Below are positions 32,636-56,580 of a DNA stretch of 64,000 nucleotides, one piece after another (within the stretch, counting starts at the first letter, position 1; each line of letters starts with the position of its first letter). A program made the translations under genes and the position numbers. Source of the DNA: Amoebidium appalachense (lineage: Eukaryota; Protista; Ichthyosporea); contig CAVNZM010000001.1 in assembly GCA_963693365.1 (NCBI GenBank), positions 3,488,907 to 3,552,906 on the forward strand, read 5' to 3'. A model generated the notes under the pieces. The model was not told the origin of the DNA. It did no database searches and saw nothing but the letters and a program-made list of their open reading frames with translations.

Positions 32636-32853
32636 ATCACGACCGCCACCACCACCACGACCACCACCAAACAAAGAAACGGCGTGTGTGTGTTGGAGGG
32701 GAGGGGGGAAGATAATAGTAACGCCTCGTCGTCCCCAGCCTATCGAGCCATCCTGCCATCCCCCCCTCCCCACCCCCATCTCTCCTCCCCTCCCCCCCCC
32801 CCCCCCCCCCCCCCCAAACCCCTTTCCCCCCGTCTTCAAAAAAAAAAAAAAAA

Positions 32854-32885
<32 letters not shown>

Positions 32886-33795
32886 TGGATGAGAGCTCTG
32901 GGGGGTGTGTGTGCTTCGAAAAGGTCAATTTTCCTTCTCTCTCTTTCTCTCTCTCTCTCTCTCTTCCCCCCGTCTTCATAATAAAATGGGGGAGGGGGGG
33001 GGCGCAGGCTGTGAAATTAGGATTTTGGTTAGGGGCATTTTCCGACTTTTTGCCATGCGCTGGTGACCCTAAACTGGCCACTGCCGAAATTAGGGGGTAT
33101 TTTTTGACCCCTAATGTAAATGCTGCATATATATCAAGAAATCGGTTTTTAAGCAAATATATCCGGCGTTTATCTTACTTTCAGTATATCTTTGGATATA
33201 CCAAGAGTATGTATATTGTGTGTGCATGTGAGACTAATATGTGTGGGTTGGTACCGGTGTGTGAGAGATTGTGAGGTTGGTACAGTATGGATATGCTTAG
33301 TATACGTAGGTTCGCCAAAGCGGTTTCTGGGTGATATCAAATCACTATGCAAAAGGATTTAATGTCCCCTATTTTTTTAAACGATGATAACACCATCATA
33401 TCAATACACGGCATAATAAGGCTTCAAACGGAAACTGATCAAATTTAGTGCTTTGGGCTATCTCGGCATGTGAACATTCAGGAGCCGTGATGCTGGGGCT
33501 TTTCTCAAAAATTGCTAATTTTCTAACTTATATCCAGGCACGGGGCTTGAAACAACAATCTTTAAAGAGATTGTGTTAAACTAACACCTTTTCTCCCCTC
33601 TAAAACGACTATCACTAATAGGTTAGACAAGTATTCAAGCTTTTATTATGATTTATATACATTGTGATTAATTTCCTATGACCCTAATAGGGTCACAAAC
33701 TCAAAAATCAGCGGACCTAACCTCCAAAAGTTAGGGACACTTTTCGGGTTTTCAGGGGCATTTTTGTGCCCCTAAACCCCCTAATTTCACAGCCT

Positions 33796-33840
<45 letters not shown>

Positions 33841-34431
33841 GAGAGAGAGAGAGAGAGAGAAGGAATATTGACCTTTTCGAAGCACACACACCCTTCAGCG
33901 CTCTCATCCATGCCCCCCCCCCCCCCCCCCCCCCTCCTTTTTAGGTTTGCATCTCACAAAAACAAAAAAAATGAAAACAAAGAAATAAAGAAGAAAAAGA
34001 AGAGGAAGAGAGAAGGAAACACCTACCGCCAAGAACTCATCCAGAGAGATCTTTCCATCGTGGTCCATGTCCACCTCCTGAATTGCCAGCCTGGCCTTGT
34101 ACCCCGGCAGCTTGTCTCCGGCCTGCGACAGTGCCTCCACTACCTCGTCAATGTCCACATGCCCGTCATTGTCAAGGTCGACTTTCTCTGCAGAACAGAG
34201 TAGAAGAGGGTGGAAGGGGGTTGGTAGTGTAAGTGGATAGGACTACTTCATTGAGGAGTGGGAGAAGATATTTGGTTTTTGTTTATCATCTTCCGTCACA
34301 CGGCCCCGAGGGTGAGAGGGGAAGAGAAGGGGGCGGAGAGGGGGGGGGGGGGGGGGGGGGGGGGAGGGGTCAACGACACGTATGGTACACTACAGAGGTG
34401 AGCCCAAGGTGCATGGATCGCCCCGGGGGAA

Positions 34432-34463
<32 letters not shown>

Positions 34464-35754
34464 AGCAGTATGCAAAAAGGAGTGGGGCCGAGGAGAGGGG
34501 TGTGTGTGCCACGTGCTGCTGTTGGTTTTGTGTAATGGGTTGACGACTGTCAGGGAGCGCCAAGTTGATATGGTAAGTGTTTGGCAGAGCAAGAGGCATA
34601 GAGAAGGGGTGGAGAGCGGTGAGGTTAAAAAAAAATTGAACAGGAGTGTACCGTGCAAGCAATCCACTGGACTAAACTGAATACAGTGGTGCTATTGAAT
34701 AGATCAAACAAGGTCAGAGAATTGTGTCTACCTGTGTGGTTGGTGGTGGGGTATAGAGTAAGGGGTTGGAGTGGGTGGTCATTATGGTGGCGATGCTGAC
34801 TGGGGAGAGAAGGCCGGGTTAAGGGGAACCGGGGGGGTTGGGGGGGTTGGGGGGGGGGGGGGGGGGGGGGAGAGAGCCAGAATTTCAAAGGGGGAAGGGA
34901 GGAGAAGGGAAGGCACGGGGGGGAGGGGGGGGGGGGAACGGGGCGGGAGGAGGAATTGGTGGGGAAAAACGCAGATGTCGGGAAAAACAATAGAGCGAGT
35001 AGTAAATATAGGAACCCGTGGCAGTATTTATAGAGGTAGGGGAAGTGAGGGGAGAGGGTGATGTAAAGCTCGAGAGGACGGAAGGAATCGGTGTGTCCTC
35101 GAAAAAGACGCATAGCGTGTGTGATGCGTGTATGTCTGCAGAAGCCGGTGGAGCGGCGGACGGGGTTTGGGTATTGTTTTTGGGGAAACCTTTCACCGTA
35201 ACCAAATAAAAGTGTCTTGCAATTGTATTGCAGGCAGGTGGTGTAAATGGACTCATGCACTCACACAAGTGGTGTATTTGGACTCCACAGTGTATGACAT
35301 AACTGTGAGCACTTTGGAAAGGGCCTGCTTCTGCGCGTGTGTAGGAGTGATTCTCTTCCTGTATGCTTTTCGAACAAAACTGTGTCTGTACGTGTGCCTG
35401 TAGTTTTCATCCTTACAACAGCCCCCCCTCCCCCCCTCCCCCCCGCTCCCCCTCCCCAAAAGCCACTCACAAAAAACAGTGCTCTCTTGACCTGCACCTA
35501 TGCCCATCTTTAAGAGGTCAGTCTCCAATTACACTGATTCAAAGCCTTGCTAGTCCTTCCACGAGCAAAAAAGACGCTTTCTCACTTTCCTGTCTGTTGC
35601 TCTTCTTCTTTTCTTCCGTTTCCTTTCCTTCCTCTTCCGTCACTAAGGAGGCACAAGCCAAGCAACACTTACCAAAGTGCTCCCTCAGCTCTTCAACCTC
35701 CTCCGCAGAGAGATCGTGCTCAGGAATGCTGGCCACACGTGAAGCCGCAAGCAT
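23267..35754 (-). CDS. fim1: Fimbrin/plastin (2 EF-hands + 4 calponin-homology domains), 14 exons, 626 aa
   Basis: Exons 35754-35673, 34187-34027, 32314-32163, 31246-31136, 30114-30024, 28620-28504, 28196-28092, 26909-26796, 26516-26382, 25907-25787, 25399-25299, 24547-24329, 23922-23808 and 23523-23267. All introns are GT-AG and the total is 1881 nt. Motifs: DLDNDGHVD and DMDHDGKIS (EF-hands), [88 protein letters not shown]. Confidence 0.96.
27103..27562. mobile_element. Near-perfect ~460-bp palindrome (fold-back MITE-like element) in a plastin intron
   Basis: Runs AACCATGGGATTGCGGCGATCGGTCTCCGGGCCAAATTC...GAATTTGGCCCGGAGACCGATCGCCGCAATTCCATGGTT. Arms are ~220 bp with scattered substitutions and a short loop near 27325-27341. 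No clear TSD. Confidence 0.85.
31756..31926. repeat. Dispersed intronic repeat module A (second copy ~42997-43170)
   Basis: GTTTGAATGCGGAACACGGTAC...GAGTTTCGACCCCTTAGCCCGCGTATA is nearly identical in the plastin and arsS introns. Confidence 0.9.
32884..33912. repeat. Outer imperfect inverted repeat pair (~32884-32965 / ~33835-33912) enclosing the MITE
   Basis: CATGGATGAGAGC...GTGTGTGTGCTTCGAAAAGGTCAAT..TTCCTTCTCTCTC pairs with GAGAGAGAAGGAATATTGACCTTTTCGAAGCACACACACCC...GCTCTCATCCATG. Confidence 0.85.
33005..33796. mobile_element. Non-autonomous DNA transposon (MITE, possibly hAT-like) with 17-bp TIRs
   Basis: CAGGCTGTGAAATTAGG at 33005 and CCTAATTTCACAGCCTG ending at 33796. The interior is AT-rich with repeated ACCCTAA/TTAGGG-like subterminal motifs. 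Any TSD is obscured by G runs. Confidence 0.8.
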
Positions 35755-36534
35755 TTTCTATGGTGTGAGAAGAAAATCAAAAGAAAACGGTGACCTAAGT
35801 AGAGGGTTGGAGCAAAAAAAAAAAAAAAAGAGTGGGGCCGTAAAGGTTCGAGACACAGCCCACAAAAAACTGATGATCGGATTGACGGCACAAAGGCTTA
35901 GTTTTATAGATACCAGGCCACCTGGGCACATACCAAACCACCCCAGACCCGGGGTTTTTTGGAATTTCAAGAATTGCAAATGTTGACTCAAACTTTAAAA
36001 GCACACATACACATGATATTTGCGTGGGTTTTGCAACTAAAAATATAGCAAGCACCATATAATAGTATTAAAATTAGCCGTGTAGTATACTTGCGTAGTA
36101 GTGTAAGCAAATTCCTTTTTGGGGGGTTTAAATATATTATGTTACCGAAGTTGTTCCCCAATTGCTAAGGACCCCAAATTAAAATTCGGATCACTGTTGA
36201 CAGGGATGAACCAATCATAAACAAGGCAATTAGTGATTGGCTGTCTATTTCGGCAAAGTTGCCGTTTTTGTGCAACAGGAATGCGGGGTCGGGAGCCAAC
36301 AATCATCGGGTCCCACAGAAGGGTCATTACAACACGCCTCAGTGCTTACACTCATAAAAAATGGCTAATATTTTCAAAACTTTCAGCATCAACTTGGTGA
36401 AAGTATGCAGTTATGAACCTCAGATGACCAAAAGTGATATTGCACATGTCAGTGAATTTGGGTCACGTTAGACCATGACGTCAGCAGTGGGATTACGTAA
36501 TCCGATCAGTGATCACACACACAACACACAGTGT

Positions 36535-36567
<33 letters not shown>

Positions 36568-36597
36568 GCACGCACACGTGCACACGTGAACACCCGT

Positions 36598-36637
<40 letters not shown>

Positions 36638-36696
36638 GAAAAACGTGTGAACCGTACGCAGTTTGCATCATTCGACCATTCGACCACGGTCTACAG

Positions 36697-36743
<47 letters not shown>

Positions 36744-37083
36744 ACAAAACAAAAAGGTAAATTTATATGTTGATTTGAAAGCAAATAAAATTTGCACAGC
36801 ACAGAAGTGCACAAAGAAATACTTCAGCATTCAACATACACCGTCGTGCAAAGACAAGAATTATTGCCGCCACGTTTGTTCGACATTCGAGAATTTCATC
36901 CGCCCAAGGTTCCCCCACCCCACCCTTAACCAAGTTGTGAACCAAACACAACCCGACCCGACCTAACCCATACACAAACACCCACACGCCTTTTTTACTC
37001 CAGAGAAGAAAGGAGGAGTGCATCATGGGCTTCTAGGCATTCGCTCATGCATCAAGCTCAAAGTTCGAAACTTATAACATCTA

Positions 37084-37118
<35 letters not shown>

Positions 37119-37191
37119 TCGCCACACAATTTCTGAAAGAAAAAACAAAAGCAGACACTGTAGGGCCTATTGTATACAGAGATGAGGAAGA

Positions 37192-46641
<9,450 letters not shown>

Positions 46642-48082
46642 GGTGCCAACTAACACATTCAATGCCTTTACGGAAGGCGGACTTCGTGCACTCCTGGAGG
46701 TCCTTTCGAACTTCGTTTTCTTGTGGCGGCAGTCTGCCAAGGCCTTACTGAAAGATGACAGAAAGTGTTTGCGCAAATTTTTCTATTGGTGCTCGGGGGT
46801 TTACACACTTTTTATTGCGTGGACACTGCCGGAGGCTCAGCCACATTCGACGGCCTACTGCGTTTTCCAGCACAGCCAATCAAATGCAGCCAGTGACATA
46901 TGTACATGCTAGGCAACAATGAGCGCCATCGTAGTATCTGACACCCCTATTACATATTATGGGTAAGCAGATGCTAGCATCGGTAGCTCCGAAAGAAAGT
47001 TAAGGCACCGGATCACAATATCATACTGTGCAGCATTAATAAGGTGATCTAGGATAGTCATCTTAAAACGGATATATTGAGGAAGAGAGGAAGAAAAGAG
47101 AATAAAACCGCCAATAACCTCCGGTTCTAATACATTAGCTAACAGGTTGCATTTATTGATAGATATGCAGCCGCGAGTAAACCGCCCCCCACACCCCACA
47201 CATATTACACATACGAGCAGGAGACACCAGAAACCGATTACACCGCCAAGCCATAATCATCTTTGCGTTTTTACACCACACCACATTACGAATAAACGAA
47301 TCTATGTATGAACGAGACTCTCTAACCGTATCCGCCATATAGGCTACTAGTAGTTGGTGTTTTTGCGGTCCTAACACCGGAAGCCACCGGAAGGGACTCA
47401 ACACGTAGAGTAAAAAGATATCTATCAGCCATAGACTTAGAAACTATGGGGCGCCGTTTGCTGCAGAATTCCTTCGATCCTTTTTTCCGAAGGAAATCGG
47501 TCGATCGAAGACGGATCTAGCCTATTATGGGAAAACACCGATCCTGATTTGAAATCCGGAACATTTGGTTGCTGAAAGCTTCGCATAGCCTTTTTTGGGT
47601 CGGCAAAGGCATGATAAAAGATCGGCCAATCAGCAATATGTTACTGGCTTTCACATTAAATAACCAATAGTTGGCGGTTAATATCATTCACTCTAGTAAC
47701 CGGCTAGATCTATTCGCTTTTTTTTTTTCACGGATCGGCAACTTTCGGATGCATGCATGCGCTTTCTTTTTCTTTTTTTCCGCTGTTCTCAACCTAGCTG
47801 TTTTAGAAAAATAGTCAAGGTCGAGTAAAACACGAGGGTGTGGCAAGGTTGCACCCGTGAAACACTACCAGCCAGCTCCGCCGGCATTTTGCAGCAACTT
47901 GACAACGGTGGGTGTCCACTGTGTACACTACAGGCTTGTCGGCTTGTTGTTTTCTTGCACATCGGCTAGCCTTCTCATCTGTTATGTCGTCGATGAGAAC
48001 CAAGTGTCTGCGACTCTAGTGGTTAGGCGAGGAAGGTTTCCCATAGTTAAAAACGCTTGTTTTTACGCATATGCACGCTCGC

Positions 48083-48115
<33 letters not shown>

Positions 48116-48318
48116 CGAGCGCAAACGCACCCACTCACACACGTATATGAACACATGCGCACACACCCACCCACACACGCCCACGCACCCACCCACACCC
48201 ACACCAAACACCGACGTGTGCGTGTGCACACAGCAACGCACGCAGACACGCAAGCACACTCACACACGCGCACTCACATTCATTCATGCGCACACATGCA
48301 CACACACACACGCATATG

Positions 48319-48409
<91 letters not shown>

Positions 48410-50847
48410 TCGCTTGGGCACTATATTCTGTGCGCATCCACTCTTAAGCACGCATCCACTGCCAAATCATACACGCACGCACACATACCAACACACACAG
48501 GCACACGTGCAACCACACACACGCACACAAGCAACCCACAAGTATAAGCACTCACAAACACGGACACACGGAAGCACACGCACACAACACACACACATAC
48601 CGTACTCGTTCACACACACACACACACCACACACACACACACCGTGCACAGGCATACACCCACACACACGCACACACACGCACACTCACACCCAAGCTTT
48701 TGTACTTGCTTGCATACATGAGCACACACAAACACACACATTCTCATGCCCAAACGCACAGACGCAGCACACAAACGTGTAAACAAATGTGTCACGTATA
48801 CACACCTAAACACAGAGCCATGTGCACTGTTACTTGCAGACACTTTGAAACACGCACACGTGCGTGTACGCACACATGCTTGTGAGCAGGCCCACACACA
48901 GACCCCTACGCACTTGCTCTCACTCTGTACCCTGGCATGCATGTATACACACAGAGACATACAGCCTTACACTTCCTCGTTGACCGACATCTCTTCTCTT
49001 TTGGTGTCTGTCCCCATACTCCTTTCTTTCCTCCGCCTCCTTCTCCTGTTCTTTCCTTCTCCCCTTCCTGTGAAGCCTCTCCCTTTATTTCCTTCTTTCT
49101 GTTTCTCCTTCCCTCCCTCTCTTCTGCTTCCCGCGCACTTCTCCTCCACTCACTACTGCTCCCGTCCCCCGGCGTCCTTCCCTCGAACCACACACTTAAA
49201 CACCCGCTCCCTCTCTCTTCCCCCCCCCCTCCCCCCCCTTTCCTTCGTGTCTTCCCCCTCTCCCTCCCTCCCCGCCCACTTTTTCTTGCTCCATTTTCGG
49301 TTTATCTGCTCACATTCGGGCATTCTCTCTGACTATCCCTCACGCTCTCTTCCCCTCTTAGTTTTCCTCTTCTTGCTCTGCCCCTATTTCTCCTTCTTTC
49401 CTATACTTTTTTCACCCTTTCTGCAACACTGTTTTTCCGTCCCTCCCCATTCTTTTTATTCCCACGCTGATCTATTCCCCTGCCTCGCTGCTTATTCCTC
49501 TTCCCTGTTTTTCGTGGGGCAATCCTGCCACTTGCTCCAACCTCTCAGTTCCCTGCCCATTGGTTGTTCCGTGTTCATCCTACTTCCTGTTCCTGCACAT
49601 TCCCCGTTTTTTGTTTACTTTCGCTGGGATTCCTCCCCCACTCACCTTCATGTCCTGCTTGTCCTTTACCTTTTCGGAAATCCCCCTTCCCTCCCTTCCT
49701 CGTCAGTGCTGGTGTTATGCCTTGTCCCCTTCTTTATGGTTGTCCAACTATTCGTTGGTTTATCCTCCTTCTTTTTCCTTTTTTGAGGCTCTTTCTCTAT
49801 AGCGGATTCGTCTCAGCCCGCTTCCTCTTTTGCTCAAGGCCCCCCCCGCCCTACAAGCAAACACACCGGTCATGCCCCCTCCCCTTCTTCCTTCCCAATC
49901 CTACCCCCCCCCCCCCCCCAAAAAAAAAAAAAAAAAAAAAAAAAAAACGTCCCCCCCTTTCTCACCTCCCCATTGTTGCCCACTTTGACTGCCTGTGTCT
50001 TCCCTCTTTCTTCTTCTTCTCCATATAAACACGTGCAGAAAGCCGCACATAATCCCCCTTCCCTTCCCCGCTCCCCACATAGTTCTTTCCCCTGTCTTCT
50101 TTCCATCTGTTTCCCTCTCACTATCTCTCTATTTATCCCTCTCCCTCCCCCCCCCCCCCCCCCCCCCCCCTCCCCCCCTTGCCGTTTTCTCTCGTGGTCT
50201 CTCTGTTTCTTTCCTATCTCTCTCTCTTTTTCTTTCTCTCTCCACTCTCTCTATCCCTCTCTCTCTCCCTCTCCCTCTCCCTCGCCCGCTCCCTTTCTCC
50301 CTGCCTCCCTCTCTCTCCACTCCTTGCTTCTCTCTCTCTGTCCCTCCCTCTCTCTGTCTCTTGCCCTCTCTCCGTCGCTCTTTTTTTCTATCGGATCTCT
50401 CTCCCTGTTTTTTGCACTCTCTCCCGCCCTTCTTTCCCCCTTCTCCTTCCTTCTGCCCCAGCTTCTGGCCTGCCCCTTCTCCCACCCACACGGCCACCAC
50501 CCACATACCCACGCAACCACCTATTCCACCATAGACCCACACACACAACCACCCACCACCATACAACTACAGGACTATCCACACAGCCAAAACACCCGCA
50601 CAACCACCAACCCACATAACCATCCTCTCACACATTCACCTACCTGCACACCCAACCACACAACCATCGACAAAACCACCCACACACTCACTCACTCATG
50701 CACACGTTCACCCGCCCACACGCACACCCATCTCCACACCCACCCACACACACACCCACACAACCACCTACCCATCTACACACCCAACTACCTACACAAC
50801 TACTCACACACACACACCCACACACCCACACACCGACACAACCCACC

Positions 50848-50890
<43 letters not shown>

Positions 50891-51015
50891 TCAAACAACG
50901 ACCCATTCTCAGACCCACCCACCCATGCACATACCCTCCCGAACACCAACCCACCCAACCACCCACTCACACGCCCACCCACCCACGCACCCAAAAACCT
51001 ACACAACTACTCACC

Positions 51016-51066
<51 letters not shown>

Positions 51067-51138
51067 CCACCCTCCCTCCCTCCCTCACATCCCACACAAT
51101 GACACACCCACCTACACAATCACCCACACATCCACCCA

Positions 51139-51184
<46 letters not shown>

Positions 51185-54100
51185 GTGACACCCACATACA
51201 CAATCACCTACCTACACACCCATCCACCCATACAACCTACACCTACCCACATATTCACCCACACAATTACCACATTCACCCACACAATTACCATATTCAC
51301 CCACACAATAAGCCACATAGCCACTCACCTCCACACCCACCCATCTACACACCCACCCACATACCTAACCATACACCTACCCACACAACCACCCAATCAC
51401 AGCCACACTCATATACCCACCCACCCTCACAACCAACCACCTCCACACTCCATCCCCCAATCCACCCACCCACCCACACTTATTCACTCCCACACCCATT
51501 CACACCCACACCCACTCCCACACCCAACCACCTGCATAGCCACCCACACACACAGCCACCCACAGGCACGGCACCCACCCACACAATCACCCACACACCC
51601 GTACAATCACCCACACACCCACACACCCGCACATTCAACCCCCTCCTTTCCCTTCGTTTTCTCCTAAATAGCTCTTTTCTGTGCATCAATCGTTCTTTCC
51701 TGCTTCCCCTCCTTCCTTCTCCCCTCCCCCCCCCCCCCCCACCCTCCTCTTCCCTCCAATCTACCCCCCCCCCCCCCCCATACACCCTCCCACACACCCG
51801 CAACATCACCCTCACACCCGTACATTCACCCACACAACACACACACACACACACATACAATCACCCGCACACCCACACACCGGCACACCCATTCACACAA
51901 TCACCCAGTCGCATAAGCAACCACCTACACAAAGACCCCCCTACACGATTATTTACACAACGTTTCACCAACCTACACCCACACACACACCCATGTACCC
52001 ACCCACACACCCACCCACCAAACCAACTGCTCACACACCCACCCATTCAATCACCTACTCACACGACGACTCACCCATACACCCACCCACACATCCACCC
52101 ACACCTGCCCACACACACACCCAATAACCTACACAACTACCCACACACACAAACACACACACAGAGAGAGACACACCCACCCAAACACACACACATACAC
52201 ACCCCGACACCATCACCAACCCACCTAGACACCCATCCACACAATCATCCACACAACCACCCACCTACGACCCATCCACCCACCCACTCAACCACCCATA
52301 CACACAACCACACAACCACCACACATGTGCAAATGAGTACAGGGCTCATCTATTTCTTCTTTCCGGACAAGGCGTAGTCAACCGAACATCAAGTTCTTGA
52401 TGCCATGCTGATGCTGGGTGGAGTAGGTCTGTGGTGTGCATGCGCCGGGCTCGCCCATTTAACAGGGGCTGAGCTACTCCTTCCCAGGTGTGTGCTGGTC
52501 TTCTTCCGTTTGTGGGTGTGTGTGTGTGTGCATTTGTGTGTGCTTGTGCGGTTTGTGTGTCTCTGTGTCTGTTTTGTTTCACTGCGTGCGTGTGTGTGTG
52601 TGTTGGGGGGGGGGGGGGGGGGATATTGTGTATGTGTGTGGGTTTGCAGATACCATGGCGGGCAGGTGTCCATGCATTCACAAGACTGTGAAAGCAGCTC
52701 AAATTATGTGCGTGTGCGTGTGAGAGCACACCAAATAAGTTTGTGTACTGTGTAGGGCCATGCTTGTTGTGCTCAAGTTGGTACGAGTCCACGGTCAGCT
52801 GCCATTCCTTTTTGGTATCTTCATTCTGTGTTGACCTTAACTTCACATCATCGTTTGCCCCTACCCTCCTACCCTCCTTTTCCTTGTTACTCGTTGAGCC
52901 CCGCCACCTCTGTCCACCTGCCCTTTTTGTCTCTGTCCGTTTTGTCTATCGTTATATCCCTCCTTCCCCGCAGCTCCCCTCCACCCTCCCCTCCACCACC
53001 ACCACCACCAAACCCAATCAAACCCTACCAATGGACTACCACCAGTCAGCACTGCGCATTTCTCCCGTCTGTTGTTTCCTTGTTAACCCCCACCTGTAAC
53101 CAATCATGCACTCTTTTACACGGGCCCCCCTGGTTAGACTATGTTCCACTGTCTCTGCGTTGCATGAACTGTTGCTCTCTTCCACCATGCAATAGGTTTT
53201 AATAGATTATCTTTCACCCCCTACCCTCCATTCTGGCCAGCACACCTAAATGCAACACGCTACTCCTGACCACATTTCTCCAGGATTGATGTAGCATGGA
53301 GTTCCCTCTCTGCTTTTGCCACATGTATGCCATGACCGAGCCACAGTCTACAAATGCAGGTGTGTGTCCTTGTGGTGAATAGAACTGTATATGCGTGCCT
53401 GTTTGTAATGAGAAAACAGATGGGGATTAGGGGGGGAATGACACAGTTTGCATGTTGGTGGGGGGCAAGATCGGTTCGATCACGCACGTGTGTGTGCGTG
53501 TGTGCGTGTGTCTTGAGAGAGAGAGAGAGAGAGAGAGAGTGTGTGTGTGTGTGTGTGTGTGTGGAGGGGGGAGGGGGGGGGGGAGGGGGGGGGGGGGGGA
53601 TATTATGTGCGAGTGTCAAGTTTGGGTGTACGTGTGGGTGGTTGTGGGTTGTTGTTGGTGGGTGTATGGGTTTGTATGTGTGTGGGGGGGGGGAGGGGGG
53701 AGGCGCGTAAACGTGTGTGTATGTGTGTGTGTGCGTGTGTGCCTGGGTGTGTGTATATGTAGGTAGTGTGTGTGTATGCTGTGTGTGTGTGTGTGCACGC
53801 AAGGGATGGAAGGAGTCAACACGACGAACTTACCAGCGTCTCCGGGCGCTGTGCCAGGACACATCTCCTCCCTCCCGTCACCCTCTTTCCCCACTTGTCC
53901 AAGATCCCATGCTGCTCGGGGAGGGAGGAGAAAGGGGGAGGGGTGGAGGGGGTGAGGCCAACCCGTTCTGTAGTAGTTGTTTAAGGATTGCCATTTTCCA
54001 TGTTTTGAGTACCAGATCAAAATGCAGTGCAGATTGCTAGAGTACACAGCACCGTAGCCCTCTCCTTTCCCCCCCAGATATCTATATGCCAACCGCAAGC

Positions 54101-54204
54101 CCTACATCTATCCTTCCTGCTTGAGTAATCCAGATCCTCGCCCAGTCCTCTCCTCTCCCTTTCCCCTTTCAACACATACAAACACGCCAACAAATCCGCC
54201 TGTG

Positions 54205-54279
54205 GCCGCGCACACACATACACCCACACAAACATACACACATACACAGAGAGAGACAGAGAGAGATAGGGACAGATAG

Positions 54280-54334
<55 letters not shown>

Positions 54335-54484
54335 TACACACATACACAGAGAGAGAGAGAGAGAGAGATAGGGACAGACAGACACACACACACACACACA
54401 CACATACACCCACACAAACATACACACATACACCCACACAAACATACACACATACACACACAGAGAGAGAGAGAGATAGGGACA

Positions 54485-54564
<80 letters not shown>

Positions 54565-54615
54565 TACACACATACACACAGAGAGAGAGAGAGAGATAGG
54601 GACAGACACACACAC

Positions 54616-54690
<75 letters not shown>
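54205..54690. repeat. Compound minisatellite (CA tract + AAACATACACACATACACA + GA tract + TAGGGACAGA), about 4 units
   Basis: GAGATAGGGACAGA recurs near 54265, 54366, 54474 and 54594. Confidence 0.85.
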
Positions 54691-54692
<2 letters not shown>

Positions 54693-55223
54693 AGGCGGTG
54701 AGAACTATTCAATAGATTCATATGAACTGTCCCTCCCCCTACCTCTCCCACCGTCTACCTCCCTTTCCCCCCCCTCCTCCCCCCCGGACAAGCACACACT
54801 ACCAGACACACTCATGTTACTGCTTGTACAGGATTGGCTGCCACGGTTTCCTTGCCGGGGGCTCTCCAGCTAACACAGTGCCACGGCAAGGTTTGTAGTC
54901 CTACTGCGGGATGCTACTGCTTCCTATCATACAAAGAAAATATCGTCACGCAAAAAGGCAAATATTTATAATTTGTAGTTCGTCAAGTGCCCATTGCTGC
55001 TGCCAACCACCCCATCATCACGAACACTCACTCAACAAGCCACACAAAAAACATACACGTGCATGAGCTACCAGCTCTACCTACCCCCCCCCCCCCCCCC
55101 TCAGAGGTCGAAAAATCCTTTTCACTCTCTAAATTCACATAAACCATATATTCTCGTTAGTAAGATAACACACGCTCATGCCCCCGCACGCACACATACA
55201 CGTGCACATACGCACACACACAC

Positions 55224-55267
<44 letters not shown>

Positions 55268-55279
55268 CACACACACACA

Positions 55280-55380
55280 CAAAGACACACATGCGCATGT
55301 GGTCACACACACACATGCACATACACAGACACACACATGCACACACACACACACACACACAAAGACACACATGCACATGT

Positions 55381-55419
<39 letters not shown>

Positions 55420-55490
55420 AAGAAACACATGCGCATGTGGACACACACACACACACAAACAAACACAAACACACACTTACACACACACAT

Positions 55491-55534
<44 letters not shown>

Positions 55535-55590
55535 CGACACACACAAAGACAGACATGCGCATGTGGACACACACACACACACACACAAAG

Positions 55591-55621
<31 letters not shown>

Positions 55622-55638
55622 GACAGACATGCGCATGT

Positions 55639-55673
<35 letters not shown>

Positions 55674-55746
55674 GACACACACACACAGACACACACACAA
55701 AGACAGACATGCGCATGTGGACACACACCACACACACACACAAACA

Positions 55747-55782
<36 letters not shown>

Positions 55783-55811
55783 GACACACACAAAGACAGA
55801 CATGCGCATGT

Positions 55812-55844
<33 letters not shown>

Positions 55845-55889
55845 GACACACACACACATACACACACACAAAGACAGACATGCGCATGT

Positions 55890-55956
<67 letters not shown>

Positions 55957-55985
55957 GACACACACAAAGACAGACATGCGCATGT

Positions 55986-56050
<65 letters not shown>

Positions 56051-56095
56051 GACACACACACACATACACACACACAAAGACAGACATGCGCATGT

Positions 56096-56140
<45 letters not shown>

Positions 56141-56249
56141 GACAGACATGCGCATGTGGACACACACACACACACACACAAAGACACACACACACATACA
56201 CACACACAAAGACAGACATGCGCATGTGGACACACACACACAAAGACAC

Positions 56250-56284
<35 letters not shown>

Positions 56285-56313
56285 CACACACACAAAGACA
56301 GACATGCGCATGT

Positions 56314-56358
<45 letters not shown>

Positions 56359-56403
56359 GACACACACACACATACACACACACAAAGACAGACATGCGCA
56401 TGT

Positions 56404-56464
<61 letters not shown>

Positions 56465-56481
56465 GACAGACATGCGCATGT

Positions 56482-56518
<37 letters not shown>

Positions 56519-56580
56519 GACACACACACATACACACACACAAAGACAGACATGCGCATGTGGACACACACACACACACT
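55280..56580. repeat. Minisatellite: about 16 copies of AAAGACAGACATGCGCATGTGGAC separated by variable (CA)n
   Basis: The core is seen repeatedly and contains the palindrome ACATGCGCATGT. Confidence 0.92.

Noticed and set aside
55280-56580. CRISPR-like array of 24-nt repeats
   Set aside because: The spacers are plain CA microsatellite of variable length, there are no cas genes, and the context is eukaryotic.
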